Shown here: positions 40,582 through 52,117 of the stretch, in pieces
How positions within the stretch are numbered: the stretch's first letter is position 1
Layout of the letters: each line of letters starts with the position of its first letter
Assembly: GCA_965237415.1 (NCBI GenBank)
Contig: CBDEFM010000002.1
Location: forward strand, 1,504,001 to 1,568,000
DNA from: Alphaproteobacteria bacterium
Lineage (GTDB): Bacteria; Pseudomonadota; Alphaproteobacteria; UBA828
DNA length: 64,000 nucleotides
Direction: 5' to 3'
Notes under the pieces: model-generated
Database searches by the model: none
Told to the model about the DNA's origin: nothing
Seen by the model: the letters and a program-made list of their open reading frames with translations, nothing else
Program-made: the position numbers and the translations under genes

Positions 40582-42055
40582 ATGGCGACACCGGCGCGAG
40601 AGGTCGCTCCCGGGCTTAGAGAGCTGAGCAATTATGTCGGTGGCCGGTTCGAGGCGACCGGCTCGTTGTTCGATGACGTGACGCCGGTGAGCGGCGCAGT
40701 CGTCGCGCGAGTACATGAGGCCGACGCGGCGCTTATTGACGCCGCGGTCCACGCCGCGCGCGGCGCCTTCGAGAGTGCATGGCGGCCGCTGCCGATCGCC
40801 GAGCGTTGCGCCCTGCTTCACAAGGTCGCGGACGGCGTCGAGGAGCGTTTCGACGATTTCCTCGAGGCGGAAGTGGCTGATACCGGCAAGCCGGCGTCGA
40901 TCGCGCGTGAGATCGATATTCCGCGCGGCGCGGCCAACTTCCGGATGTTCGCCGATTTGATCAAGACAGCGGGCACAGATTGCTTCGAGATGGACACGCC
41001 CGATGGCCGCGGAGCCCTCAACTACTCGGTGCGAGAGCCCCATGGCGTGGTGGGCGTCATCGCGCCCTGGAACCTGCCGCTCCTCCTGCTCACCTGGAAG
41101 GTCGCGCCGGCGCTCGCGAGCGGGAACACGGTGATCGCCAAGCCGTCCGAGGAGACCCCGGCGACGGCGACCCTGCTCGCCGAGGTGATGGACGCGGCAG
41201 GCGTACCCCCCGGCGTGTTCAATGTTGTCCACGGCTTCGGGCCGAATTCGGCGGGCGAATGGCTCTCTCGTCACCCGGGGATCGATGCGCTCACCTTCAC
41301 GGGCGAGAGCAAGACTGGCGCTGCCATCATGAATGCCGCCGCCGATACCGTGAAGCCGCTCTCGTTCGAACTCGGCGGCAAGAATGCGGCCGTCATCTTC
41401 GCCGACGCGGATTTCGAGGCGGCGATCGAGGGCACAACACGGTCAGTGTTCGCAAATTGCGGGCAGGTTTGCCTCAACTCCGAGCGAGTCTATGTCGAGC
41501 GACCCATCTTCGAGCGCTTCGTCGCGGCCCTGAAGGAGCGGGCCGAAGCGTTGGTCCCGGCCGATCCCTGGGCCGACGACTGCACGTTGGGGCCACTCAT
41601 CTCGGCCGAGCATCGCACCAAGGTTCTCGGCTACTACGATCTCGCCAGAGACGAGGGCGCAGAGGTGGTGACCGGCGGGGGCGTGCCGGACTTCGGCGAC
41701 GCGCGCGACGGCGGCTCCTACGTGCAACCGACGATCTGGACCGGCCTCACCGACACCGCGCGCTCGGTGCGCGAGGAGATCTTCGGACCGGTCTGTCATA
41801 TTGCGCCGTTCGACAGCGAGGACGAGGCGATCGCCCGCGCCAACGACAGCGACTACGGCCTCGCAACCGCAATCTGGACCCGCGATCTGTCACGCGCGCA
41901 TCGCGTGGCGCGGCGGATCGCGGTTGGGATTTGCTGGGTCAATTGCTGGTTTCTGCGTGATCTCCGAACCCCGTTCGGCGGCGTCAAGCTCTCCGGAATC
42001 GGCCGGGAGGGTGGGCTCCACTCGCTCAACTTCTATGCCGAGCAGAAGAACATCT

Positions 42056-42069
<14 letters not shown>
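40582..42069 (+). CDS. amnC: 2-aminomuconic / 2-hydroxymuconic semialdehyde dehydrogenase
   Basis: IDIPRGAANF, PWNLPLLLLTWKVAPALA, FTGES, ELGGKN, GQVCL, WFLRDLRTPFGG; heads the amn operon. Confidence 0.88.
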
Positions 42070-43464
<1,395 letters not shown>

Positions 43465-43495
43465 CCATGGTTCCTGCGGGATCGGCCGCACGAAC

Positions 43496-44308
43496 ATGAC
43501 CCTCGCCGCCGCGTTCCTGGTTCCGGGTTCTCCTCTGCCCTATTTGCGCAAGGACAATCCGCCCTGGTCCGGTCTCGCCGCCGGCTACGAGAAGGCGGCG
43601 CGCGCGCTCTCCGCTGCCCGCCCCGACGTCGTGCTGCTCTACTCCACCCAATGGGTGGCGGTTCTGGACCAGCTCTGGCAGGAGCGGCCGCGATTGCAGG
43701 GACTGCATGTCGATGAGAATTGGTACGAGTTCGGCGAGTTGCCGTTCGACCTGGGCATCGACACCGCGCTCGCGCAGGCCTGTGTCGAGAATGCCAATGC
43801 GCTCGGGCTACACTCGAGGGGAATCGACTACGACGCCTTTCCGGTCGATACCGGAACCATCGTCGCCAGCAACAGCCTCGATCCCGAGGGTGCTCGACGT
43901 TTCGTGCTGGCCGCCAACAATCTCTACCACGACTTCGAGACCACCCGGCGCATCGCGACCATCGCGGGCGAGGCCGCGAGCGCGCAGGGCAAGCGCTTCG
44001 CCGTGGTCGGTGTCGGCGGACTTTCGGGCACGATATTCCGCGAAGAGATCGACATCGCCGACGATCGGATCGCGAGCGACGAGGACGATCGCTGGAACCG
44101 GCGTATGCTGAGCCTGCTGGAGAAGGGCGAGACGCAGCAGGTCGACCGGGAGTGCGCGGACTATGTGCAGGCGGCCAAGGTCGACATGGGCTTCAAGCAC
44201 CTCGCATGGATTCAGGGTGCGACGGGAGGACGCTATTACGGCGCGCGCATTCACGCCTACGGTCCGACTTATGGAGCCGGCGCGGCCGTCGTCGAGTTCA
44301 AGGTTTAG
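43496..44308 (+). CDS. amnA: 2-aminophenol 1,6-dioxygenase alpha subunit
   Basis: AFLVPGSPLP, YSTQW, LHVDENWYEFG, FPVDTGT, ANNLYH, DMGFKH, YGPTYGAGAAVVEF. Confidence 0.92.
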   Translation: MTLAAAFLVPGSPLPYLRKDNPPWSGLAAGYEKAARALSAARPDVVLLYSTQWVAVLDQLWQERPRLQGLHVDENWYEFGELPFDLGIDTALAQACVENANALGLHSRGIDYDAFPVDTGTIVASNSLDPEGARRFVLAANNLYHDFETTRRIATIAGEAASAQGKRFAVVGVGGLSGTIFREEIDIADDRIASDEDDRWNRRMLSLLEKGETQQVDRECADYVQAAKVDMGFKHLAWIQGATGGRYYGARIHAYGPTYGAGAAVVEFKV

Positions 44309-44336
44309 AGAATCGGATACAAACAGGGAGAAGACG

Positions 44337-45596
44337 ATGAGAAAGGTACTCTTGCTCGCGGCGTTCGCGATGGTCGCCGCGACTTCGTTCTGGCAAGCCG
44401 CGCCGGTGCAGGCGGCTGACGATTGCGTGGTCACGGTGGGCCGGGTCGTACCGCTCACGGGGCCCTTACTGGACATGGGCCGTGAAACGCCCTGGCTGGA
44501 CCACAACAAGGTCGATCCGATCAACGAGGCCGGAGGTCTGCAGGTCGGGGATCAGCAATGCAAGATCGAATTCAAGATCTTCGATTCGAAAGGCACGATG
44601 GCCGGTTCCGGCGAAGCTGCAACGCGGGCGATCTTGGGCGAGAAAGTCGACGTGGTCTTCGCGCAAGGCACGCCTGACACGACCAACGCTCCCTCGGACC
44701 TCTGCGAGCGCTACGAGGTGCCCTGCATCACCTCGAACACACCGGTCGAGGCATGGCTATTCGGTCCCGACGGCAAGCCGAAGACCTACACTCACACGTA
44801 CCATTTCTTCTTCGGCGTGCCGGACCTCGTCGCCAATCACGTTGGCATGATCAAATCGCTGCCGGGCGGCTTCAACGGGAAGATCGGCTACCTCTACCCG
44901 AACGATCCCGACGGCGTCGTCTTCGCAAGCCTGTTCGACCCGACCTTCAAGGGCGAGGGCTGGGAGCCCATCGATCCGGGCCGCTTCGAGCAAGGTATCC
45001 CCGATTTCTCCGCGATCATCAACAAGTTCAAGCGCGGTAGGGTCGAGGTCGTGACCGGCGTGCTGGCCCCGCCGGACCTGCAGAACTACCTGCAGCAAGC
45101 GGCGCAGGCAGGCTTCAAGCCGCGGATGTACATCATCGACAAGGCGACCGGCTATCCGGAGGCGATGCGGGCGCTCGGCAAATTCGGGATCGACATCCTG
45201 AGCGTGAATTTCTGGTCGCCGGCCTATCCGGGGTCGTCGAAATACGGCGGCTACACGGGTCAGGGTCTGGTCGATGCTTACGAGAGCGCCAACCCGGACA
45301 AGTACTATTCGCCGCCGCTGGCTTATACGGACGCCTCCTATGACGTCCTGTTCGACGCCCTGCAACGGGCCGGCACGACCGATCGTGTGGCGCTCCTCAA
45401 GGCGTTGGCCGAGACCGACTTGGACACCGTCGTCGGTCGCGTCAAATTCACCGAGCAACACTATTCGGTTCAGCCGCTCGGCGGGGCGCAGTGGCGCGTC
45501 GACGGCGAGACCAACCGCTGGGTCAAGGACAACGTCTACAACGCCGTCTATCCGGATGTGAAGAAAACCGCGGAGATGCGTCTCTACCAACAATAA
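44337..45596 (+). CDS. Liv-type ABC substrate-binding protein
   Basis: Signal peptide; VGRVVPLTGPL, INEAGGL, YPNDPDG, DFSAII. Confidence 0.88.
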   Translation: MRKVLLLAAFAMVAATSFWQAAPVQAADDCVVTVGRVVPLTGPLLDMGRETPWLDHNKVDPINEAGGLQVGDQQCKIEFKIFDSKGTMAGSGEAATRAILGEKVDVVFAQGTPDTTNAPSDLCERYEVPCITSNTPVEAWLFGPDGKPKTYTHTYHFFFGVPDLVANHVGMIKSLPGGFNGKIGYLYPNDPDGVVFASLFDPTFKGEGWEPIDPGRFEQGIPDFSAIINKFKRGRVEVVTGVLAPPDLQNYLQQAAQAGFKPRMYIIDKATGYPEAMRALGKFGIDILSVNFWSPAYPGSSKYGGYTGQGLVDAYESANPDKYYSPPLAYTDASYDVLFDALQRAGTTDRVALLKALAETDLDTVVGRVKFTEQHYSVQPLGGAQWRVDGETNRWVKDNVYNAVYPDVKKTAEMRLYQQ

Positions 45597-45601
45597 CGCA
45601 G

Positions 45602-45638
45602 TGGGACGGTGGCGGTCAGCGCGCCGCCGCCGTCCCAT
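45602..45638 (+). terminator. Strong intercistronic hairpin after SBP gene
   Basis: TGGGACGGTGGCGG...CCGCCGCCGTCCCA; no U-tract, so more likely an mRNA stabiliser or partial terminator. Confidence 0.6.
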
Positions 45639-45679
45639 CGCCGACGTTCTCCTCGCGGGTCTCAGACCGGTCCAGCACG

Positions 45680-46396
45680 ATGACCGAAATTCTGGTTGTA
45701 TCTGAGCTCTGCAAGTCATTCGGCGCGCTCCGGGTGGCCGACCGGATTTCCTTTGTCGTTCGGCAGGGAGAAATCCTCGGCATCATCGGGCCCAACGGGG
45801 CCGGCAAGACGACGCTGTTCGGCCTCCTCGCCGGCAATATCAGCGCCGATTCGGGGAACATCGAATTCGACGGTGCCGACGTAACCCGGTCGCCGGCGCA
45901 CGATCGCGCTCGTGGGGGCCTCGCCCGGACCTATCAGATTCCGCGCCCGTTCACGCACATGACGGTGTTCGACAATTTGCTGGTGGCCGCCCGTTTCGGT
46001 GGCAACATGGATGAAGCCGAAGCGGCGACCTGGGTCGAGCGCGTGATCGCGGCGCTGGGTCTGCGGGCCGAGCGCAATACCCTCGCGGGCCGATTGCCGT
46101 TGCTGATGCGCAAACGCCACGAGCTCGCGCGGGCTCTTGCCATGCGGCCGAAGCTCATTCTGGTAGACGAAGTGGCAGCTGGCCTGACCGATGCCGAAGT
46201 GGTGCAGTTCATCACGCTCATTCGCGGCATCCGTAATTCGGGCATCACGGTGGTGTGGATCGAGCACGTGATGAAGACCATGCTCACCGCGACCGATCGC
46301 CTCATCGTCTTGGATGCGGGGCGGCTCCTGGTCTCCGGTCCGCCACAGGAGGTGATCAACACATCGGAAGTTCGCCGTGTCTATCTTGGCGCCTGA
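45680..46396 (+). CDS. ABC ATP-binding protein (LivG-like)
   Basis: GPNGAGKTT, RTYQIPRPF, LVDEVAAGL, WIEH. Confidence 0.9.
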   Translation: MTEILVVSELCKSFGALRVADRISFVVRQGEILGIIGPNGAGKTTLFGLLAGNISADSGNIEFDGADVTRSPAHDRARGGLARTYQIPRPFTHMTVFDNLLVAARFGGNMDEAEAATWVERVIAALGLRAERNTLAGRLPLLMRKRHELARALAMRPKLILVDEVAAGLTDAEVVQFITLIRGIRNSGITVVWIEHVMKTMLTATDRLIVLDAGRLLVSGPPQEVINTSEVRRVYLGA

Positions 46397-47144
46397 GGAT
46401 GACGGGCCGCTTCTGAGGGTCGCGGGACTTTCCGCCTACTATGGCGAGCTTCGTGCGCTTACCAACATCGGCTTCGAGATCGAGCGCGGGGAGATTCTCT
46501 CGATCATCGGTGCCAACGGCGCTGGCAAGACAACCCTCTTGAAGTCTTTGGTGGGCTTGATGGGTCGCGGGCGCCTCGCCCGTATCGAAGGGCGGATCGA
46601 GTTCGAAGGCCGCGCCATCGAGCACCTGGCGACCGAGGACATCGTCAATGCCGGCATGGCGCTGGTACCCGAGGGCCGCCGCCTGTTCTCCCGGCTTTCG
46701 GTGCAGGAAAACCTCATGGCAGGCGCCTATCTGCCCCGCTGCCGAAGCACGCTGAAAGAGCGCCTCGACGAAATCTACGCGTTGTTTCCCGCGCTCGCCG
46801 AGCGGCGACGGCAGATCGTCTCGCAAATGTCCGGCGGTGAGCAGCAGATGGTGGCTATCGGGCGGGCGCTGATGTCGTCGCCGACGCTGATCCTGTTCGA
46901 CGAGTTATCGCTCGGCCTCGCCCCGTTCGTGGTCGACGACATCTACCGCAAGGTCAATCAAATTCACGAGCTGGGCGTGACCGCAATCGTAATCGAGCAG
47001 GACATGAGGCGCGCCCTGCGCGTCGCATCGCACGTGTTCGTCATGCTCGGGGGCCACGTCGTGCTGGAAGGCAAGCCCGAGTATCTCACCGAGGAGCAAG
47101 TCAGCGCCGCCTATTTCGGCGCCGGGATCGAAGGCCTCGGCTGA
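46377..47144 (+). CDS. ABC ATP-binding protein (LivF-like)
   Basis: GANGAGKTT, VPEGRRLF, MSGGEQQM, DELSLGLAP; start uncertain. Confidence 0.9.
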   Translation: MSILAPEDDGPLLRVAGLSAYYGELRALTNIGFEIERGEILSIIGANGAGKTTLLKSLVGLMGRGRLARIEGRIEFEGRAIEHLATEDIVNAGMALVPEGRRLFSRLSVQENLMAGAYLPRCRSTLKERLDEIYALFPALAERRRQIVSQMSGGEQQMVAIGRALMSSPTLILFDELSLGLAPFVVDDIYRKVNQIHELGVTAIVIEQDMRRALRVASHVFVMLGGHVVLEGKPEYLTEEQVSAAYFGAGIEGLG

Positions 47145-48061
47145 TGAGCGAGGATCTATACTGGACGCTCATCGACATCGCCAACGGCCTCCTCTCGGGC
47201 GCGATGCTCGGCGGCTACTACGCCATCATCAGCCTTGGTCTCGCACTGGTGTTCGGTGTCATGCGCCTGGTCAACCTGGCGCACGGCGATTGGCTTATCG
47301 TCGCCGCCTATATCGCGTCTGTGATCGTCCAGTTTCTCGGTTTCCCGCCCTTCGTGTCGTTGATCGTTGTCGTCCCCGCCATGTTCGCGATCGGCTACGC
47401 GCTGCAGCGCCAGGTGTTGAATCGGGTCTCGGTCCAGGCGATGGAAGAGAAGGGCATGTCGTCCAGTTTCGGGCTCATGTCCCCGATCCTGGTGACCTTC
47501 GGCCTGTCGATCGTGATCGCCCACGCGTTGCTCGGGATCTTCGCCTCGGACGCCACGGCCATCGAGAACGCGCTGAGCTATTCGGCGATCCGCCTGACGC
47601 AGGATCTCAGTATCTCGACCCTCCGCCTGATCTTCTTCGGAATTGCCAGCGTTATCCTGGTGAGCGTTCACCTGTTCCTGCATCGCACCCACGCGGGGCG
47701 GGCGATCCGCGCGGCATCGGACGATCCAGAGGTCGCCTCGCTCATGGGGATACGCACGGAGCGCATCTACGCGCTGGCGAGTGCGATCTCTCTCGCGGTC
47801 GCGGGCGTTGCCGGCGTCGCGGTCGGCATGTCGCGCACCTTTCAACCATTCGACGGGCCGCAGTTCCTGCTGATCGCGTTCGGCGTGGTGATCGTCGGCG
47901 GCCTCGGATCGATCGCCGGCAGCCTGGTCGGCGGCGTCCTGCTCGGCGTCACGCAGGTCCTGGCCGGGACCTATTTCGGCCCCTCCGCGCAACTCGTCGC
48001 CGGCTACATGCTGATCCTCTTCGTGCTCGCGGTACGCCCCCAAGGGCTCTTCTCGCGATGA
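47144..48061 (+). CDS. Liv-type ABC permease (LivH-like)
   Basis: GLALVFGVMRLVNLAHGD, GRAIRAASDD, GGLGSIAG. Confidence 0.9.
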   Translation: MSEDLYWTLIDIANGLLSGAMLGGYYAIISLGLALVFGVMRLVNLAHGDWLIVAAYIASVIVQFLGFPPFVSLIVVVPAMFAIGYALQRQVLNRVSVQAMEEKGMSSSFGLMSPILVTFGLSIVIAHALLGIFASDATAIENALSYSAIRLTQDLSISTLRLIFFGIASVILVSVHLFLHRTHAGRAIRAASDDPEVASLMGIRTERIYALASAISLAVAGVAGVAVGMSRTFQPFDGPQFLLIAFGVVIVGGLGSIAGSLVGGVLLGVTQVLAGTYFGPSAQLVAGYMLILFVLAVRPQGLFSR

Positions 48062-51000
48062 TCGCGCGTGGGCTCAACCTCTTGCTGACCGGCTGGTCGG
48101 GCCGGGGCTTGCTCGCCGTGCTGCTCGCCTTCGCCATCGCTATCCCGTGGCTGGTCGGCGATCGGAGCTACGTGACCTATTTGGTGTTCACGTTCTTCGT
48201 GTTTGCCGTGTTCGGCCACGCCTGGAACTTGCTGGCCGGCTACTGCGGTCTGCTCTCTTTCGGCAACCAGGTCTACGTCGGCATTGGCGGCTTCGCTCTG
48301 GCGATCATGTTCTACTACGGCGGCATCAACGTCTGGTTGGCGCTGCCAATCTCCGGAATTGTCACCGCGGCTTTCGCATTTCTGCTCGCGACACCGGTGC
48401 GGGAGAGCCTGGTCGGCATCGGGGTCTGGAAGCCCGTGGCAGTCGCCGGCGTGCTGTGGGCCGGCTACGAGGTCGCGCTTGGCTACTTTCCCGAGGCCGA
48501 CATCTTCGGCGAGGTCTATATCCGCCGCGTCATAATCCTCTTGCTGATCTTCCTCGGCGCCCTCCCCCTACTACGCCTGCAAGGCGCCTATTTCGCGGTC
48601 GCAAGCTGGTTGATCGCGGCCGCGGTGGGCTCGATCTTCAACGAGTGGAAAGTGGTCGGCGCCGGTGGTGGCATGCAGATCAAGACCGATGCCACACAGA
48701 TCGAGATGTATTACGCCGGCCTCGGGTTGCTTGTGTTCGCGACCGTGGTGATCGCGTGGCTTCTCAAGAGCCGGTACGGGCTCGCACTGACCGCGGTGCG
48801 CGACGATGAGGAAGCGGCGCGGACGGTCGGCATCGATATCCGCAAGGTGAAGCTGATCGTCTTCGTGGTCGCGGGCGGGCTCAGCGGCCTCGCGGCGGGT
48901 CTGTTCTATATCGACGCGGTGATCATCACGCCGCCGTCCGCGTTCACGATCTTCTGGTCGGCCTATTTCGTCTTCATCGTCGTCGCGGGCGGCATGGGCA
49001 CGCTGGCCGGCCCGATTATCGGTGCCGCAATCTTCGTCGTCGTCGACCGCGTGCTTTCCGGCTTCATCGAGTATCCGCTATTGGTCCTCGGAATCGCGGC
49101 CGTGGTCATCATCTTCGTGATGCCGCGTGGCGTCATGGGCATCATCAATGCGCTGCGGCATCTGGACGATTCGGCCACCGGCCGCAACGAATTGCTCGAA
49201 GCGCTCGGCATCGGCGACCGACTTCAACGCGCCCTGTTGTTCGCCAGACGGCGCGACACAACGCCGGGGGTGGTGGCGGCCTTCCTGGTTCCGGGCAGCC
49301 CCCTGCCGCTCCTCGCCCGCGACAATCCACCGTGGACCGAGATCGCGGACGGTTTCGAGGACGCGGCCGCTGCGCTGCGTGAGACGGAGCCCGACGTCAT
49401 CCTCATCTACTCGACTCAATGGCTCGCCGTTCTCGACCAGCCGTGGCAAACCCGGCCGCGCGTCCGCGGCCTCCATGTCGATGAAAACTGGTACGAGTAT
49501 GGCGAGATCGCCTACGACATCGAGATCGACACCGAGCTCGCAGAGGCGTGCATCAGCGCCTGCCGCACTCTCGGGATCAAGGCCCGCGGCGTCAACTATG
49601 ACGGCTTCCCGATCGATACGGGCAGCATCGTCGCCAACCGCTTCCTCAACGCGGACGGTGCCTGCGCGGTCGTCATGGCGGCGAACAACCTCTATCACGA
49701 TTGGGAGCAGACCCTGAAGCTCGGGGAGATGGCGGCGAACCAAGCGGTGCGCCTGGGCCGCCGGGTCGCCGTGATCGGCGTCGGCGGCCTGTCGGGCTCC
49801 ACGTTTCGACGCGAGATCGATCCTGCCGATGATCACATCGCAAGCGCGAGCGAAGATGCGTGGAACCGGCGGATGCTCGACACGATGGTCAGGGGCGATG
49901 CTTCGGCCATAAAGGCGCTGATCGCGGACTATGCGCGCGAAGCCCGCGCGGATATGGGTTTCAAGCATTTCGCCTGGGTGCTCGGCGCCATAGGAGGCCG
50001 CTTCCATAGCGCGACGGTTCACGCTTACGGCCCGACCTATGGAAGCGGCGCGGCGGTGGTGGAGTTTCACACCAGCGACGAGGCGGCGGTTCTCGCGGCG
50101 ACGCGGCGAAGGCGCCGGCAGCGGCGGGCTCTGCGGGAGCAGGCCGCGCAAAGCAGGTCACGGGACGACGACGGCGACGGCAGGCGAGCTCTCCTCCGTT
50201 GGCTCCCGGCGGGTTCGCGTCACTTGGCACCGACCGATCGCCCGTCGGCGACGCCGCCTGCCGCGCCTCCGTCGCTTCCTACCCGCCGGCAATCTGCCAC
50301 GCGGACCGGTCCCGCTCTCTATCGCTCGTTCCGCACTCAGGCCGAGATCGACACGCAATATGATGTCGAGAGCAGCGTGCCCGATTTCGGCCGACACGTG
50401 GATTTCTTCCTCTCCAGCAGCGCGCGCGTTCGCAAGAAGCTCGGGCCTCGGCTCGATGTGCCCTTCGGCCCGACCACCGCCGAGACCCTCGACATCTATC
50501 CGGCGGCCCGGTCCGATGCGCCGATTCACATGTTCATTCACGGCGGCTACTGGCACTCGTTGAGCAGTAAGGAGTTCAGCTTCGTCGCCGAGAGTCTGGT
50601 CGCGGCGGGCGTGACGGTGGTGATCAACAACTACGCGCTCTGCCCGGAGGTCACGATCACGGAGATCGTGCGGCAGAACCGTGCCGCGGTCGCATGGCTC
50701 TACCGCAATGCCGCAACCTTCGGCGGCAACCGGAGCCGCTTCTATGTATCGGGGCATTCGGCCGGCGGCCATCTGACGGCCATGTTGCTCGCGACCAATT
50801 GGGAGCGTGATTTCGGACTACCGCCCGACCTCGTCAAGGGCGGCACCGCGATCAGCGGCCTGTTCGACCTCGATCCCTTCGTTCATTCCTGGCTGCAGCC
50901 GAAGCTCCGCTTGACCGCCGAGGAGATCGATCGAATGAGCCCGATCCGACACGTCCCGGACCGCGCGTCTCCGCTGACCGTCACGCTCGGTGGCGATGAA

Positions 51001-51174
51001 TCCGCGGAGTTTCACCGCCAGTCCGAGACCTTCCTCGCCGCCTGGACCGAGAAGGGCCTCGACGGCCACTATCTCGACCTGCCCGGCCGCAACCATTTCA
51101 CGGTACTCGAGGACTACATGGACTCTGGTAGCCCGCTCTGCCGCTCGATCCTGCGGCAAATGGGGATTACTTGA
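48058..51174 (+). CDS. Fusion: LivM-type permease + aminophenol dioxygenase alpha-subunit domain + arylformamidase-type alpha/beta hydrolase
   Basis: One stop-free frame of 1038 aa from an ATG overlapping the livH stop. Permease about 48058-49145 (WNLLAGYCGLLSFG, AVRDDEEAA); AmnA-like about 49267-50067; hydrolase about 50317-51174 (HGGYW, GHSAG, NHF). Confidence 0.88.
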   Translation: MIARGLNLLLTGWSGRGLLAVLLAFAIAIPWLVGDRSYVTYLVFTFFVFAVFGHAWNLLAGYCGLLSFGNQVYVGIGGFALAIMFYYGGINVWLALPISGIVTAAFAFLLATPVRESLVGIGVWKPVAVAGVLWAGYEVALGYFPEADIFGEVYIRRVIILLLIFLGALPLLRLQGAYFAVASWLIAAAVGSIFNEWKVVGAGGGMQIKTDATQIEMYYAGLGLLVFATVVIAWLLKSRYGLALTAVRDDEEAARTVGIDIRKVKLIVFVVAGGLSGLAAGLFYIDAVIITPPSAFTIFWSAYFVFIVVAGGMGTLAGPIIGAAIFVVVDRVLSGFIEYPLLVLGIAAVVIIFVMPRGVMGIINALRHLDDSATGRNELLEALGIGDRLQRALLFARRRDTTPGVVAAFLVPGSPLPLLARDNPPWTEIADGFEDAAAALRETEPDVILIYSTQWLAVLDQPWQTRPRVRGLHVDENWYEYGEIAYDIEIDTELAEACISACRTLGIKARGVNYDGFPIDTGSIVANRFLNADGACAVVMAANNLYHDWEQTLKLGEMAANQAVRLGRRVAVIGVGGLSGSTFRREIDPADDHIASASEDAWNRRMLDTMVRGDASAIKALIADYAREARADMGFKHFAWVLGAIGGRFHSATVHAYGPTYGSGAAVVEFHTSDEAAVLAATRRRRRQRRALREQAAQSRSRDDDGDGRRALLRWLPAGSRHLAPTDRPSATPPAAPPSLPTRRQSATRTGPALYRSFRTQAEIDTQYDVESSVPDFGRHVDFFLSSSARVRKKLGPRLDVPFGPTTAETLDIYPAARSDAPIHMFIHGGYWHSLSSKEFSFVAESLVAAGVTVVINNYALCPEVTITEIVRQNRAAVAWLYRNAATFGGNRSRFYVSGHSAGGHLTAMLLATNWERDFGLPPDLVKGGTAISGLFDLDPFVHSWLQPKLRLTAEEIDRMSPIRHVPDRASPLTVTLGGDESAEFHRQSETFLAAWTEKGLDGHYLDLPGRNHFTVLEDYMDSGSPLCRSILRQMGIT

Positions 51175-51591
51175 GAGCAGGCGTATTGTCGGAACGGAGT
51201 GGGACGCCCCTCTGCCTGTGCCGCCAGGCTGCGCAAGAACATGGCCGAAGTCTATGGCAGGCTGAGGAAATGCGCGACGGAGCTTGAAGAGTACTACCCT
51301 GCGGCGGACGTGCTGTCGTTTCTGCTCCTCGACCTCGAAATGTACCCCGACGAGCTCGGCTGCGCGGAAGGACGCCCTCGCCTGTTGCCGCCATGTCGCA
51401 CTACGCCTTCTCTTCGAAGGAATCTTGGATGCAATGGGGCAAACGAGGTTTGCGGAAGAAAAGGATTCGCTCAGGGGCCGGGTGGAAACGATTATGCGCG
51501 GGGGCGTCCCGCCGCTACGCAGCTTGCTGACCGCGCTGCGCCCAGTTTTCAGCTTCTTGTAGGCGTGCTTGTTCTTTCCTTTACCACCTAC

Positions 51592-51787
51592 TACTTCGCC
51601 ATCCTTCGCGCCGTCATCGCCACCGTCCGAAAGCAAGGCTGGAATGTCCTCCAAACCCTGGCTGATCTCGATCCGATGCAAATGATCAGACAACTGCGCC
51701 TCTGAGAACCCAGCCCCGGTGACAGACCGGATCGCCACGATCCCGTCGCATCTGAACACTCGATCCAATCAGACCTGGGCAGTTGCC
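51592..51787 (+). mobile_element. IS66-family right-end remnant
   Basis: FAILRAVIATVRKQGWNVLQTL (TnpC C-terminus) and end sequence CCTGGGCAGTTGC resembling the IS66 IR. Confidence 0.7.
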
Positions 51788-52117
51788 CGATGGGACTGGA
51801 TATCGGGAACAATGGCGGACACGCCCTGACGGCTTTCCTGGACTTCGTCACCCTGACCTCCCGTCCCTACGCGCCGGCGCGTGCGCGCACCGCCCCCGCG
51901 TAATCCATCCCTCTATCGCCGCTCACGACGCGGAGGCGGGGTCGCCGGTCGCCGACGGCCTTCAACTTACGCCGCTCCGCTTCCGACAAGGTGATCGCTA
52001 CCGCTGCTCTGCCCACCAGTCATCCCTCCAACACAACCGATGAATTTATTCTAATAGACTTCTCGATCGCGACACTAGTTTGAGAACCTAACATGGTAGA
52101 AAGTTGTCATTCGCTCG

